DNA from: Octopus sinensis
Taxonomy: Eukaryota
Reading direction: 5' to 3'
NCBI RefSeq assembly: GCF_006345805.1
Contig: NW_021832863.1
Span: 1-64,000 of the forward strand
Length of the DNA stretch: 64,000 nt
The notes under the pieces were generated by a model. That model did no database searches and had not been told where the DNA came from. It was given only the letters and a program-made list of their open reading frames with translations. Position numbers and translations under genes: made by a program. Of the stretch, positions 1-12,559 are shown piece after piece; the stretch's first letter is position 1, and each line of letters opens with the position of its first letter.

Positions 1-127
1 CGCACATATGGTTGTGATGCATGTGCCTGGAGTACACTTATGAGTCGGATAGTCATGATGGGTATACTGGGCTTCATATATTTTTACGTCAGTGTTACTT
101 TGATGGCATGCACTGTCTCTCACTCAA
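1..127 (+). mobile_element. Probable 3' UTR remnant of a non-LTR retrotransposon
   Basis: Non-coding segment ending GGCATGCACTGTCTCTCACTCAA, directly against an R4-like coding fragment; resembles a recalled cephalopod LINE 3' end. Confidence 0.4.
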
Positions 128-139
128 GCTTTAGGTGAG

Positions 140-765
140 AATATCTCAGAAGAACAATTTTAATTATGGGAAGTAGAGTCAATGGGAAAAAAACAAAATC
201 AGGACAATCAACACATGGGCTGTTTCCTTGATGCGATACGGTGCAGGTGTTGTTTGGTGGACAAAGAAAGAGCTTGAGGAAATGGGGAGGAAAACTAGAA
301 AAGTGATGACAATTAACAAGGATTTACACCCCAAAAGTGATACTGACAGACTGTAGAAGCGTGAGGAAGATGCCTCATAGGATGCAAGATCTGTCTTGTC
401 AACGAGAGGAGCAGTCTGGGATGGTACATCAAACAGCAGAGGGAATCCTCGTTTGCCGCTGTCAGAATTAACAATACAATACCTACCGAAAATGTGATGT
501 ATCCACAAACATTTAAGAAACAATTTGAAGAAGAAAGAATAAACAACTGGAAAATGAAACCACTGCACGAGCAGTACCTCAGAGAAATCGAAGGAAAAGA
601 GAAGAACAACACTTGGAGATGGCAAAGAAAAAGTGATCTGAAAGGATGCACTGAGGTATTGATATGAAGCGCCCAGGAACAAGTTCTGGGAACTAATTGC
701 ACCAAGTTCCAAATAGATAAGAGTAGCAAATCGCCCATTTGTAGGATGTGTGGCAGCAGAATCGA
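140..765 (+). mobile_element. Decayed R4/Dong-like (RLE clade) LINE fragment, post-RT region to zinc knuckle
   Basis: Manual translation NKIRTINTWAVSLMRYGAGVVWWTKKELEEMGRKTRKVMTINKDLHPKSDTDRL*, then WKMKPLHEQYLRE...AQEQVL...PICRMCG; stops and frameshifts. Confidence 0.85.
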
Positions 766-841
766 AAGAATCTTAAATATATATGTTCACAGACGCATCT
801 GTTAATATTTAAGGAATTTCTATCAATCAACACTAAATTTG

Positions 842-843
<2 letters not shown>

Positions 844-872
<29 letters not shown>

Positions 873-903
873 CATACATACATACATACATACATACATA
901 CAT
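844..903. repeat. (TACA)n microsatellite
   Basis: Perfect tetranucleotide run. Confidence 0.95.
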
Positions 904-925
904 GTATTTGCGTGTATATACATAT

Positions 926-1272
926 GTGGAGGCGCAATGGCCCAGTGGTAGGGGAGCGGACTCGCGGTCATAGGATCGCGGTTTCGATTCCCAAACCGGG
1001 CGTTGTGAGTGTTTATTGAGCTAAAACACCTAAAACACCTAAAAGATCCACGAGGCTCCCTGCTGTACTCTTTCACCACAACTTTCTCTCACTCTTACTT
1101 CCTGTTTATGTTGTACCTGTATTTCAAGGGGCCGGCCTTGTCACTCTCTGTGTCACGCTGAATATCCCCGAGAACTACGTTAAGGGTGCACGTGTCTGTG
1201 GAGTGCTCAGCCACTTACACGTTAATTTCACGATCAACCGGAACCCTCATCGTCGTAACCGACAGAGTGCTT
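926..1272 (+). mobile_element. tRNA-derived SINE, family C (head H1)
   Basis: A-box TGGCCCAGTGG and B-box GGTTTCGATTCC; homologous to 5030 and 57311. Confidence 0.85.
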
Positions 1273-1894
1273 CCCATATACATATATTATGTGTGCTTGT
1301 ATATGCTGAATTGAAATATATTTAATACAAGGCTTCACCGTCGATTAATATAAACATATTCTTTCTATACTATTGGTGAATAGAAAGCAAAGGTAAGGGG
1401 TCTCCTGACTGAAAGTTTTAGGGCTTGTTGACTAATCCTCAGATAAAAACAGCCCGGCGCTTTTCTCCAATCAATAGCGTATATCAGCTGTTTATAAAGT
1501 AGTCACAAGTTAGGCCAGGCCGTGGTGGATAGCCCAAGTTGCATATTTGTGTTTTTGTTTGCTATTTCTAGCGGGTCGAACGACAGCACAGAGGCTTGTG
1601 TGCTTGTGATATGTATCTATGTAAATATTTCTGTCTTTGAAGAATGGTATGTGCAAAGTCTAGTGGAAAACTTAAACATAATAACTACAAGTAATAATGT
1701 TTACTCTTCACCAGTGTTTGAGTAAACACACTTGGACACGCACAAAAGCACACACACATATAAACACACACAGAAACACACACACATATAAACGAACACA
1801 CATATATGAAACCTAATCTCGCTCACATTCATACACATTGAAGTTTGTATTTTGCGCATGTGTACACAAATGAGCATACAGATAAAATAATGCA

Positions 1895-1947
1895 TTCACA
1901 CACATATACATACATACATATATATAATAGGTACAGGTATGTATGTA

Positions 1948-2011
<64 letters not shown>

Positions 2012-2270
2012 GTGTGTGTATGTGTGTGTGGTGTGTGGTATATATATAATATATATATATATAATATATATATATGTACATTATATATGCATATATATAT
2101 ATATACATTTATGTATATATATATATATGTATATATATATACATATATATATATATGTATAATGTAATTTATATATGCATATAATATATATTAACATTTA
2201 GTATGTATATAATATATATATGTTAGTATATATACAAATTATATATCTATTGTATAATATATATATGAAT
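1895..2270. repeat. (TA)n/(TG)n microsatellite complex
   Basis: Directly visible. Confidence 0.95.
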
Positions 2271-2394
2271 AATGCATACTTACACATTCCCATTATGATG
2301 CAGTATAATGCTTCAGTACAATGTACTGACTTTGTACGTATGTAAACTAATAAATTTTCCATTCCTTACAAAATACTTCAATAACGTCAACATT

Positions 2395-2490
2395 GACAAC
2401 AACAGCAAGAACAACAACAACACCACCAACAACAACAACAACACCAACAACAACAAAAACAACAACAGCAACAACAACAATAGCAACAAC
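2395..2490. repeat. (AAC)n microsatellite
   Basis: Directly visible, imperfect. Confidence 0.9.
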
Positions 2491-2899
2491 GCCAGAAACG
2501 AGAATAACAAGGAAGAATGTATATATATATTGTGTCTTTTATGAGTTCTGTTGTCTGCTGGTACCAAAGTAGTGAAATATTCCATTATTTTAGTAAAACA
2601 GTGTGATCGATAAGTTAATTTGGCTTATAGGTCTTTTCTGAATGAAAGAGCAGAATCGGTGGCGGCGGCGGGCGGGTGGGGGGAGGGGAGCGGGGTTCCT
2701 GAATAGTTAACCGAAATGAGGAGATGGTTATGTAGTAATAGCTATTGTTGTTTGTACTGTGACTGTTTCCGCTTCTTCCTAATTCATCATTGAGTAACTC
2801 TCATTGGTTCTCAAACCGCCCATCACCCAACCACACTCTCTTATATATCATTATCATTATCTTCTCTATCTGCATCTCTCCTACACAAATGTATTTCTA

Positions 2900-3300
2900 T
2901 GTATATATAAGATTTTTAGTTCTGCTTTGTAGTAATATTAGTCTTGTATATTACTGCAATGCATTTTGCGTTCAGGTTTTTGAGTTTATCGATAACATGT
3001 TCATCTATTCTCATGTTTGTTTGCTTTGGCTTCGTGTTGTACACTTTGTGTGTGCTTTGTTTGTATTAAATAGTTATAGTGGTTTGTATGTATCTACTGT
3101 GTTGAGTATATTTGTTCTGTATCGTTCTATGGTTTGGTCTATTAGTTTGTTTGTAAAAGCCGTTGTTGAAGAATGTTTGAACGAGTGTTTGTTTTGGTCT
3201 ACAGATTCCTTTAGGTTGTGGTTTTTTTTCTTTGCTTTCTGAATCTGCAAAAAAAGGGTTAGTGCCAATGACCTTTTGCAGGTACTTCAAGAACCTGTGA
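2900..3300 (-). mobile_element. Decayed Penelope-like element fragment (RT thumb/linker)
   Basis: Frameshifted QTFFNNGF / TNKLIDQTIERY resembles the PLE 'L..NGFP..ID..I' region. Confidence 0.45.
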
Positions 3301-3430
3301 GCTTGATGCCGTTAATATTCCATTTAAAATGTTGCAGGCCAAAACTTTCCAGGAGAAAATTCGAGCAGAGTGAATGTTCTAGAAAAACCGATGTTGCGGG
3401 AAGGAAGGACAAGGCTTAGTGGTTAGTTTA

Positions 3431-3663
3431 AGGCGGCGACTTGGCAGAAACGTTAGCACGCCGGGCGAAATGCTTAGCGGTATTACGTCTGCCGCTACGT
3501 TCTGAGTTCAAATTCCGTCGAGGTTGACTTTGCCTTTCATCCTTTCGGGGTCGATTAAATAAGTACCAGTTACGCACTAGGGTCGATGTAATTGACTTAA
3601 TCCACTTGTCTGTCCTTGTTTGTCCCCTCTGTGTTTAACCCCTTGTGGGCAGTAAAGAAATAG
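3431..3663 (+). mobile_element. SINE family B monomer
   Basis: TGGCAGAAACGTTAG A-box-like head, GAGTTCAAATTCC B-box, GCCTTTCATCCTTTCGGGGTCG..AAGTACCAG core (Nin/Deu-like); TSD GGTTAGTT. Confidence 0.9.
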
Positions 3664-4249
3664 GTTAGTTCGAGTTTCGGGGATGGGGGGTAGTGGTGGT
3701 AGTGCGAGGGATGCGAAGGTTGTACGAGGTGCGAGTGGTGCGGGGTAGGTGTCATAGAGTCATAAAAAGGGGAAGAGACCAAAAGAGACGATGAAAGGGA
3801 GAGAGAGACAATATTTTCAAAACAATGCACACTCAAATTGTTTGGATGAGATTTCCTCGTTATCATTCAGTTGTCATGGTCACGAAGAATTTTGTCGATA
3901 TTGATTCCATTAAAAGGACTGAGTTCAAGAGTTAAAAGAGATAAGAGACAATATCATAGAATTTCATACCAATAAGAACATTCCAGGAAGAATCGGGTAT
4001 TCGTATTAAGGCTTGTAAGGAGTGCATGTTCCTTTTTTTTTATAGGCTTTGACAAAGGAGGAAAAGCGGTGCTTATGACACGTTTTAAACAGAGGTTGAA
4101 AGAAAGGGGGTTAGTAGATGGGGGTTAAAGATGTTTCTGTGAAGAGAGAGAGAGAGAGGGAGAGAGAGATAGAGAGTGAAAGATAGAGAGAGAGAGAACA
4201 GTAATATTTGACGCAGTATATTTATTCCGTCACATAAAATATTGGTACA

Positions 4250-4415
4250 TAGGAGTGGCTGTGTGGTAATGGTACGTGGCTTGCTTACCAACCACATGGT
4301 TCTGGGTTCAGTCCGATTGCGTGGCACCTTCGGCAAGTGTCTTCTACTATAGCTTTGGGCCGACCAAGGCCTTGTGAGTAGATTTGGTTGACGGAAACTG
4401 CAAAGAAGCCCGTCG

Positions 4416-4461
<46 letters not shown>

Positions 4462-4562
4462 TATATAAGTGTGTGTGTGTGTGTGTGTTTATGTATATGT
4501 GTGTGTATGTATGTGTGTCTGTGTTTGTCCCCCTCCCCATAATCGCTTCACAACAGATGCTG
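4250..4562 (+). mobile_element. SINE family A with internal (TA)n(TG)n, 3'-truncated
   Basis: GGAGTGGCTGTGTGGTAA head, GGTTCAGTCC B-box; matches 11712 and 35594. Confidence 0.85.
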
Positions 4563-4680
4563 TGAAAACTTAAGAGAAAAAGCATATTTAAAGATATAAA
4601 CCCTAATAGCAGATTATTATCAAAATATTTTATCATTTTCCCTCTTCCGCCCATAAAAAATTATATGGTATAATTACTAT

Positions 4681-4833
4681 AGGCGTAGGAATGGCTGTGT
4701 GGTAAGTAGCTTGCTTACGAACCTCATGTCCCACTGCGTAGCACCTTGGGCAAGTGTCTTCTACTATAGCCTTGGGCGACCAAAGACTTGTGAGTGGATT
4801 TGGTTGACGGAAACTGAAAGAAGCCGCCGTATA

Positions 4834-4875
<42 letters not shown>
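4681..4875 (+). mobile_element. SINE family A 5' half ending in (TA)n
   Basis: Homology to other family A copies. Confidence 0.85.
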
Positions 4876-4877
<2 letters not shown>

Positions 4878-5029
4878 CTTGAAAATCTTCCGATGGCAAC
4901 TTTGCCTTTCGTTCTTCCACAGATCGATGAAATAAAGTGCCAGCCACGTATCGGAATCGAGTAATCAATTTGCTGGCCTGGTGCTAAAATTAGAATGTAA
5001 CTAATAAATTGTAAGTTACTTCGTACTGA

Positions 5030-5500
5030 GTGGAGGCGCAATGGCCCACTGGTTAGGATCACGGTTTCGATTCCCAGACCGAGTGTTTATTGAGCAAAAA
5101 CATCTAAAGCTCCACGAGGCTCCGGCAGAGGGTGGTGGTGAACCCTGCTGTACTCTTTCACCACAGCTTTCTCTCATTATTTCTTCTTGCTTCGTTGTAC
5201 CAATATTTCAAAGGGCCAGCCTTGTCACCTGTGTCACGCTGAATCTCCCCGAGAACTACGTTAAAGGTACACGTGTCTGTGGAGTGCTCAGCCACTTGCA
5301 CATTAATAAATGAGCTGCGACGTCACTGGTGCCAAGCTGTATCGGCCTTTGCCTTTCCCTTGCATAACATCGGTGGCGTGGAGAGAGGAGGCTGGTATGG
5401 GCGACTGCTGGTCTCCTATAAACAACCTTGCCCGGACTTGTGCTTCGGAGGGTAACTTTCTAGGTGCAATCCCATAGTCATTCATGACCGAAGGGGGTCG
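5030..5500 (+). mobile_element. SINE family C (head H1 + tail T1)
   Basis: tRNA-like head; TSD ACTTCGTACTGA on both sides. Confidence 0.9.
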
Positions 5501-5542
5501 CAACTTCGTACTGAAGAAAATTAACGAAGTCTTGATGGCATC

Positions 5543-5950
5543 TCTTTACTCTTTTACTCTTTTACTCTTTTACTTGTTTCAGTCATTTGACTGTGGCCAT
5601 ACGGGAGCACCGCCTTTAGTCAAGCAGATCGACCCCAAGACTTATTCTTTGTAAGCCTAGTACTTATTCTATCGGTCTCTTTTGTCGAACCGCTAAGTTA
5701 CGGGGACGTAAACACACCAGCATCGGCTGTCAAGCGATGCTGGGGGGACAAACACAGACACACCAACATATACACGCATACATACATACATACATACATA
5801 TGTATATATATACGACGGGCTTCTTTCAGTTTCCGTCTACCAAATCCACTCACAAGGCTTTGGTCGGCCCAAGGTGCCACGCAGTGGGACTGAACCGGGA
5901 ACCATGTGGTTGGTAGGCAAGCTACTCACCACACAGCCACTCCTACGCCT
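5543..5950 (-). mobile_element. SINE family A, near full length
   Basis: Reverse complement of the 11712-12122 type; (GTAAAAGA)n tail. Confidence 0.9.
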
Positions 5951-6393
5951 TTATATGAATATTAAATATTTTACAAATGAATATAGAGAATTTATGGCTG
6001 AAACTATAAGGAAAATTGAATTAAAGGAATGCATAAATGTTATATGATATACTTCGTTCCATTAAACTCAAATTTGCTTCACTGACGCAAAATGAAATAT
6101 TGACTTCTGGCAAAACAATTCTGTTCTTTGCTGTAGAGATGAATAATCAATGAATTAGCAATCAGCAATTGGGAAAAATATATATTTTCCAAAAGTTTGC
6201 GATGTCCTTACGTTGGCAAAAGTCACTTTATAATGTTAGCAAAATTGAACGGGTTTAAGTGTTGTGCTGACGAGAATTGAATCCAGCCAGAAAGGTCAGC
6301 ACTTACTGCTCTTTTATGAATAAACATTTATGCATCCATACATGTAGCGGTCATATCTTCATCCAGTCACAAGCTATCACCCTGGAAAGCTGA

Positions 6394-6807
6394 AGGCGGC
6401 GAGCTGGCAGAAACGTTAGCACGCCGGGCGAAATGCGTAGCCGTATTTCGTCTGCCGTTACGTTCTGAGTTCAAATTCCGCCGAGGTCGACTTTGCCTTT
6501 CATACTTTCGGGGTCGATTAAATAAGTACCAGTTACACACTGGGGTCGATATAATCGACTTGATCTGTTTGTCTGTCCTTGTTTGTCCTCTCTATGTTTA
6601 GCCCTTTGTGAGTAGTAAAGAAATAGGTATTTAGTCTGTCGTCACGTTCTGAGTTCAAATTCCGCCGAGGTCGACTTTGCTTTTCATCCTTTCGGGGTCG
6701 ATAAATAAAGTACCAGTTTTGCACAGGGTCGATGTAATCGACTTAACCCCTTTGCCTGTCCTTGTTTGTCCCCTCTATGTTTAGCCCCTTGTGGGGAATA
6801 AAGAAAT
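6394..6807 (+). mobile_element. SINE family B dimer
   Basis: Two tandem units; TSD CACCCTGGAAA at 6378-6388 and 6812-6822. Confidence 0.9.
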
Positions 6808-7034
6808 GTACCACCCTGGAAAACGGAAAGACATATTGGATACTGTGAAAGCAGGCAGTGGATTTTCTTGAGAGAGCGAGTGGGCAATGTCCTGTTACTA
6901 AGCAAGGCACTTTACATAATTTTTCTCCAATCGCTCAGCTGGAAATAAGTACCAGCATCTGCCGTAGGTTAGCCGTGCAACAGACAGGCATCTCATTCTC
7001 GAGGGAGCGGTTTTCTGCTCTCAGTTACAGAATG

Positions 7035-7225
7035 CATAAATATATATGTGTGCATGTATATGCATATATATGTATCTATATATTATATATATATATGTTT
7101 GTACATGGATGTATATTTTATATACATATATATATATATCTATATATATATATGTATATTTGATATATAATATAAGCACTTCCATATATATATATATATG
7201 TATATATATAATATAAGCACCTTCC

Positions 7226-7256
<31 letters not shown>

Positions 7257-7266
7257 AGCACCTTCC

Positions 7267-7329
<63 letters not shown>

Positions 7330-7830
7330 ATAAATATTAGGGAATAAACCAAATTTACAGGGAAAAATCAGATTTAGGATATTAAATCGATTTTATAGTA
7401 AAATATATAAATTATATAGAGACAAAACCACTATTTTGCAAAACAAACAGGAAAAAGACTTAATCAATACATAAAATTTAATAAATAGTCAAAAATATAT
7501 GTATATGTATATATGTATAATATTGTATATATATGTATATGCATATATATATATATATGTATATATGTATATATATGTATATATGTATATGCATAATATA
7601 TATATATATGTATATATATATATCTATGTACATATATATATATAAACATGTATATATATATATATATATACATACATATAATATATAAACATATATATAC
7701 TTATATATATATATATATATGTATATACTTATATATATATATATATATATATGTATATACTTATATATATATATATATATATATGTATATACTTATATAT
7801 ATATATATATATATGTATATACTATATTAT

Positions 7831-7910
<80 letters not shown>
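7035..7910. repeat. (TA)n complex with three ATAAGCA(C)CTTCC units and a unique island (7335-7495)
   Basis: Directly visible. Confidence 0.9.
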
Positions 7911-7914
<4 letters not shown>

Positions 7915-8842
7915 GTTATACTGAGTGCTATCCGTCGTATGACAGATAACTTGGAAGTGTAATTTGGCCGCCAACGGTAATATCAGAAAATGCAGCATAC
8001 ACATAATAATTATAACTCGTACGAAATTTCCCGGTGTTTATACAGAATGATGAAATGAATACTAATTACCAAAAGCAAAATGTCTCTTACCTTGCAATTA
8101 GCATATACGTACGTGTGTCTGAGCGTGTATGAACGAGTGCGTATATACACAGACATGTCTGTGCGAATGTGAATGCACATATGTATGTATTTTGTGTATG
8201 TTTGGGCGCGTCTGTAATTATACACAGACGCGCTTCTACGCATATCCTCACACACATACTTCTGAGAATGTATTTATTCTCACTTTATCTAACATATTTA
8301 CATTTCTCTGTTTACATCGATACGAACACACATTTATTCATGTTCAGACATCTTGCCATAACTTTCTATGCTGAACTGTTTTAATGTCTTTTAGTCGATA
8401 ATTCTACTATATATTACACCATTTTCATTGTTTTTCATATTTTCATATAGGATACGCTTTAATTTCTTCCATAATACATTTATAATGGACTGCATCTCCT
8501 CCTCTGTCTACTTCCACTACCTATCGCTTTCTCCCCCTACTATTTCGTCCTCTCCTTCACCTATCACCCCCCCTATTCTTACACTCTTCATTTTATTCCC
8601 TGTACTTTGTTTTATAGCTTATTTCTGTTATATATATATATATATTTATATATATCTTATGAAGATTTATTATACAGTTCTGAAATGCTGAGCTTTCATT
8701 TCTGTCCATTTGAAACTATTGCATCAATTCCTCCTGCTCCTCCTGCCCCTCCTCCTCTTCCTCTTCCTCTTTCTGTGTCTTATTTTTCTTTCTTCATCAC
8801 TGTGTGTATGTATTTTAGTGTATCGTTCTTCACACATTATTG

Positions 8843-9030
8843 CTACGTGGGCCTGAAAAGTTCCCGACTCCGAGTATAAGAAAATACACGAAGATCAGTT
8901 ACTTATGATTTTATTCAACCTATTTCCCTCTCAGATTCACACACTTATTGCAGCGGTCCTTCAGCTTTTCTAAGCCCTGCAAAAGAACTCGGAATGTTGG
9001 GCCTCCGACTCGACCTTTCACGATATCCTT
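8843..9030 (-). mobile_element. Mariner 3'-end relic
   Basis: Reverse complement of 36430-36620 (GLEKLKDR..K.VNLRGE transposase C-terminus plus terminus). Confidence 0.75.
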
Positions 9031-9276
9031 GCAGCTCTCTCTCACTTTCTCCCCATTCCCCACCCTCTTGTACTATCTAATATATTTCCCCACCCCTACA
9101 TACCCAATAATACTATATAAAAGAGTCAAAATTCCCGTAAAAGTTCAATTTGAAAACTCCACTAGAGTGGACGAAAGCGCTAATATATGATATATGATTT
9201 ATAAAAACATGTAACATACTAATAAATATCAGTAAATATAAAACCATCCAGATTTCTGAGTACCTCATTTCTTCTA

Positions 9277-9277
<1 letters not shown>

Positions 9278-9344
<67 letters not shown>

Positions 9345-9370
9345 TATACACACACATATATACACACATA
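9278..9370. repeat. (CA)n microsatellite
   Basis: Directly visible. Confidence 0.95.
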
Positions 9371-9884
9371 GTTATGAAAAACGTCGAAATATATTGAAAC
9401 CTATTTCGACTAATTTTTAATGATAAAAAGAAATTATATTTTCTATTCAGATATATTTTCAATTTATTTTCAGGTTAACTCTGTGTATTTTGCATTAAAA
9501 GAAGTTAACTCTAAAAAGAAGTACACCTGAAGCAACTTTTTTAAAACAAGTTATTGTAATATCAAAACATTACCTTTTTTTTTTTTTAGCTGAAATGTAT
9601 GTTTTAGTTATTTTCGTGTGCGTTAATATGTATGTTTTTTAAATATAGCGTCCAACATAATAAACATTGGAACGTTCTAAATTCTTTAATGGTTATAGCA
9701 ATAATATTGATTTCTAACTAAGGCACATGACAATAATCTTTAACGGCGGAGTATCGTCGATTAGGTCTACCTCAGGATTTGAAAGGAACTTATTTTAAAG
9801 ACAGGCGAAGAACTGTAGACAAAGTAGATAATACGTTAACATGATCACAGAAGTTAAAGAGACAAACCTCCATCACGAAGATTT

Positions 9885-10172
9885 GTTTGTTTGTTCCTTC
9901 TCGAGCCATGTCTGGTTCATAAGGGACTGTTTCTCGGTTTCCTTGGCGTATAGGTTCCCCACCTGGACGGGACGCCAGTCCGTCGCAGGTGAGCTGCAAG
10001 ATGCAGGAGGAAAGAGTGAAAGTTGTGGCGAAAGAGTCAGCAGAAGTTCGCCATTACCTTCTGCCGGAGCCGCATGGAGCTTAGGTGTTTCGCTCATAAA
10101 CACACACATCGCCCGGTCAGAGATTCCTCGACCATGAGTCCGCTGCTCTAACCACTAGGCCATGTGCCTCCA
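9885..10172 (-). mobile_element. SINE family C variant (tail T3)
   Basis: Homologous to 41950 and 52272; TSD TCACGA(A/T)GATTTG. Confidence 0.85.
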
Positions 10173-11711
10173 CTCACGATGATTTGCGATTAGTGTTCCA
10201 CACTATGCAAGTTCAACACCACGCCAGCTACCGCCCTTGGAAAATTGTTTTGGAAACAACAACACGACCAGAATAATTCAATGGATATATATTCTCGACT
10301 GACTCAGAAGCAGTTGATTTAAATAAATTGTTGTGTGTCTAGCGTATCTTTCTCAAAAACGCTAATGATTTTTGAAGCAAATGTTTATAGTTAATGTTTA
10401 TCATAGATAACTTCGTCAACACTGCGTCAAATTGTAATATTCTAATTTTAGGCTGTTCCGAATATAATGGACGATTTCAGAAACATCGTGGGTCGTCGGA
10501 CTGGTGATCCTGTAAAAGGGTTCTACAGTCAGGTAGGGCCAACTCTACAAATGGGTAGGCAGTGTATTTGCTTTGAAAAGGTGGGTTCAATAGGGAATTG
10601 AAGAGGACTTAAATAGTACTACATAATGTAGCCGTGTGGTTTAGAAGTTCGTTTTGCAACCATGGGATTTCCGGGTTCGAGCACCATGGAAAGGGCCTCC
10701 TAACGTAGCTTCAAGTGTGTGCGTACGTGCGCGTGTGTACGTGTCTGCATGTGTGCGTATGTATGTATGTGTGTGTATATATCTTTTGATGATATATGTC
10801 AGCAAAGGACAAAAATATCAGAGAGAAAAATTGATACGTTATGAAAGAAGTCCACTGATATAATTCTTCTGCTCCTAGTTACACAGACACTCCCTTGGCT
10901 GAAAAGCCATAACAGAAGTACGGTGAATGAATGAATGACCTGTAGAAAACCTGCAACAAACCACGCCATTGTCAAACAGTTGAAATAAAAATAAATTAAA
11001 AAAAAAAAAAAATAAATAAATAAAAAAATGAATAAATCTCCCATCTTTCTGCCGTTTCTACCTCCATTTTGCTCTGTGTTAAGATAGATTCAATGTGAAA
11101 CCTGTCTTTTGTCATTCAGTATATTTCTAATAATAAGTGAAGTTAAATGCAATAAAGTCTACGCTGCTACGATTTAACAATTGTATAGAGTTGCTCTTGA
11201 GGAGGCGGAGAAAGAAGCTGAAGAGCAACACATGCCGAGAAGGAACTATTTTGCCAGTTGCATTAAAGATATTTCATTTTCTTTTCCATCGTTAATTGCT
11301 AGCAGGAATTCACTGATAGATATAATAGACGAATTAATCACAGCTGTTTTTATTAAGACGCAGGAAGTAATGAAGCTACGGCGAAGTTAGTTGCCAACTC
11401 CATCATGCAACAAATGATTTTTTGAAAATATTTCGATATTGTTGTTGAAGTTTAATATTTTTCTAAATGTCGTAAGAGAATCAATATAACTATTTCAGTC
11501 ATTCGAAACTCGACAAGTTTGTTTAACTTAACAAAACAACGGTGTTTTTTTTTATGTCTAGAATCACTGCAGTAAAAATTGAAGAAGTTGCTTGTTTAAG
11601 GGGGAAAAACAATTAAACGTCTGTAACCTTTTTCGTCTCCCAACGCAAAGCAATGTTAAAGAACATTAGACTTCAACTTCAGATGATTGCTATAGGGAAA
11701 CATTAAAAAAA

Positions 11712-12122
11712 GGCGCAGGTGTGGCTGTGTGGTAAGTAGCTTGCTTACCAACCACATGGTTCCGGGTTCAGTCCCTCTGCGTGGCATCTTGGGCAAGTGT
11801 CTTCTGCTATAGCCCCGGGCCGACCAATGCCTTGTGAGTGGATTTGGTAGACGGAAACTGAAAGAAGCCTGTCGTATATATGTATATATATATATGTGTG
11901 TGTGCGTATATGTTTGTGTGTCTGTGTTTGTCCCCCTAGCATTGCTTGACAACCGATGCTGGTGTGTTTACGTCCCCGTCACTTAGCGGATCGGCAAAAT
12001 ACACCGATAGAATAAGTACTGGGCTTACAAAGAATAAGTCCCGGGGTCGATTTGCTCGACTAAAGGTGGTGCTCCAACATGGCCGCAGTCAAATGACTGA
12101 AACAAGTAAAAGAGTAAAAGAG
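11712..12122 (+). mobile_element. SINE family A, full length
   Basis: tRNA-like head, internal (TA)n(TG)n, 3' AAGTAAAAGAGTAAAAGAG tail. Confidence 0.9.
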
Positions 12123-12264
12123 AGAGAGAGAGAGAGAGTAATCTGAAGTTAAAAGGCTATGGTTTTCGAGATGGAGTGGGAGACGAAAATATTGCAGTAG
12201 GCAAACAAGGACAACAACAGCAAAGGACAACAAGAAGTCTTTTCTCGCGAGAGAAAAAAATTAC

Positions 12265-12412
12265 CAATCTGTATCGGTCTTTGTCTTTCCTTTGGATAAT
12301 ATCGGTGACTTGGAGAGGAGAGGCTCATATGCATAGGCGACTGCTGGCCTTCCACAAACCCTTTGGGGGAATTCTCTAGTTGCAATTCCATGCTCATTCG
12401 TGACCGAAGGGG
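12265..12412 (+). mobile_element. Solo SINE tail T1 (5'-truncated)
   Basis: Matches 5335-5500 and 29378-29548. Confidence 0.75.
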
Positions 12413-12559
12413 ATCTTACTTTGACTAGTGTTTTTAATTTTCCCTTCTTTAAGGTTTCCTTAGCTCATTGTTTCAAATAAGAATCTCATTTAAATTTCTC
12501 TGCGAAATCCAGTTACTATATGCTGCAGTGTATCTAGTTGTTTATCGTTGGTTGTATAA

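Noticed and set aside
926-1000. tRNA gene
   Set aside because: A and B boxes run into a SINE body; no acceptor-stem closure or terminator
1340-1450. Minus-strand CTGAGGA...GAAA hammerhead candidate
   Set aside because: No convincing stems I, II or III
1845-2167. YI/IY-repeat ORFs (also near 7.0-7.9, 32.4-33, 43.1 and 58.3 kb)
   Set aside because: (TA)n microsatellite translations
11181-11390. 69-aa ORF with natural-looking composition
   Set aside because: Non-ATG start, no recognisable motif or splice context
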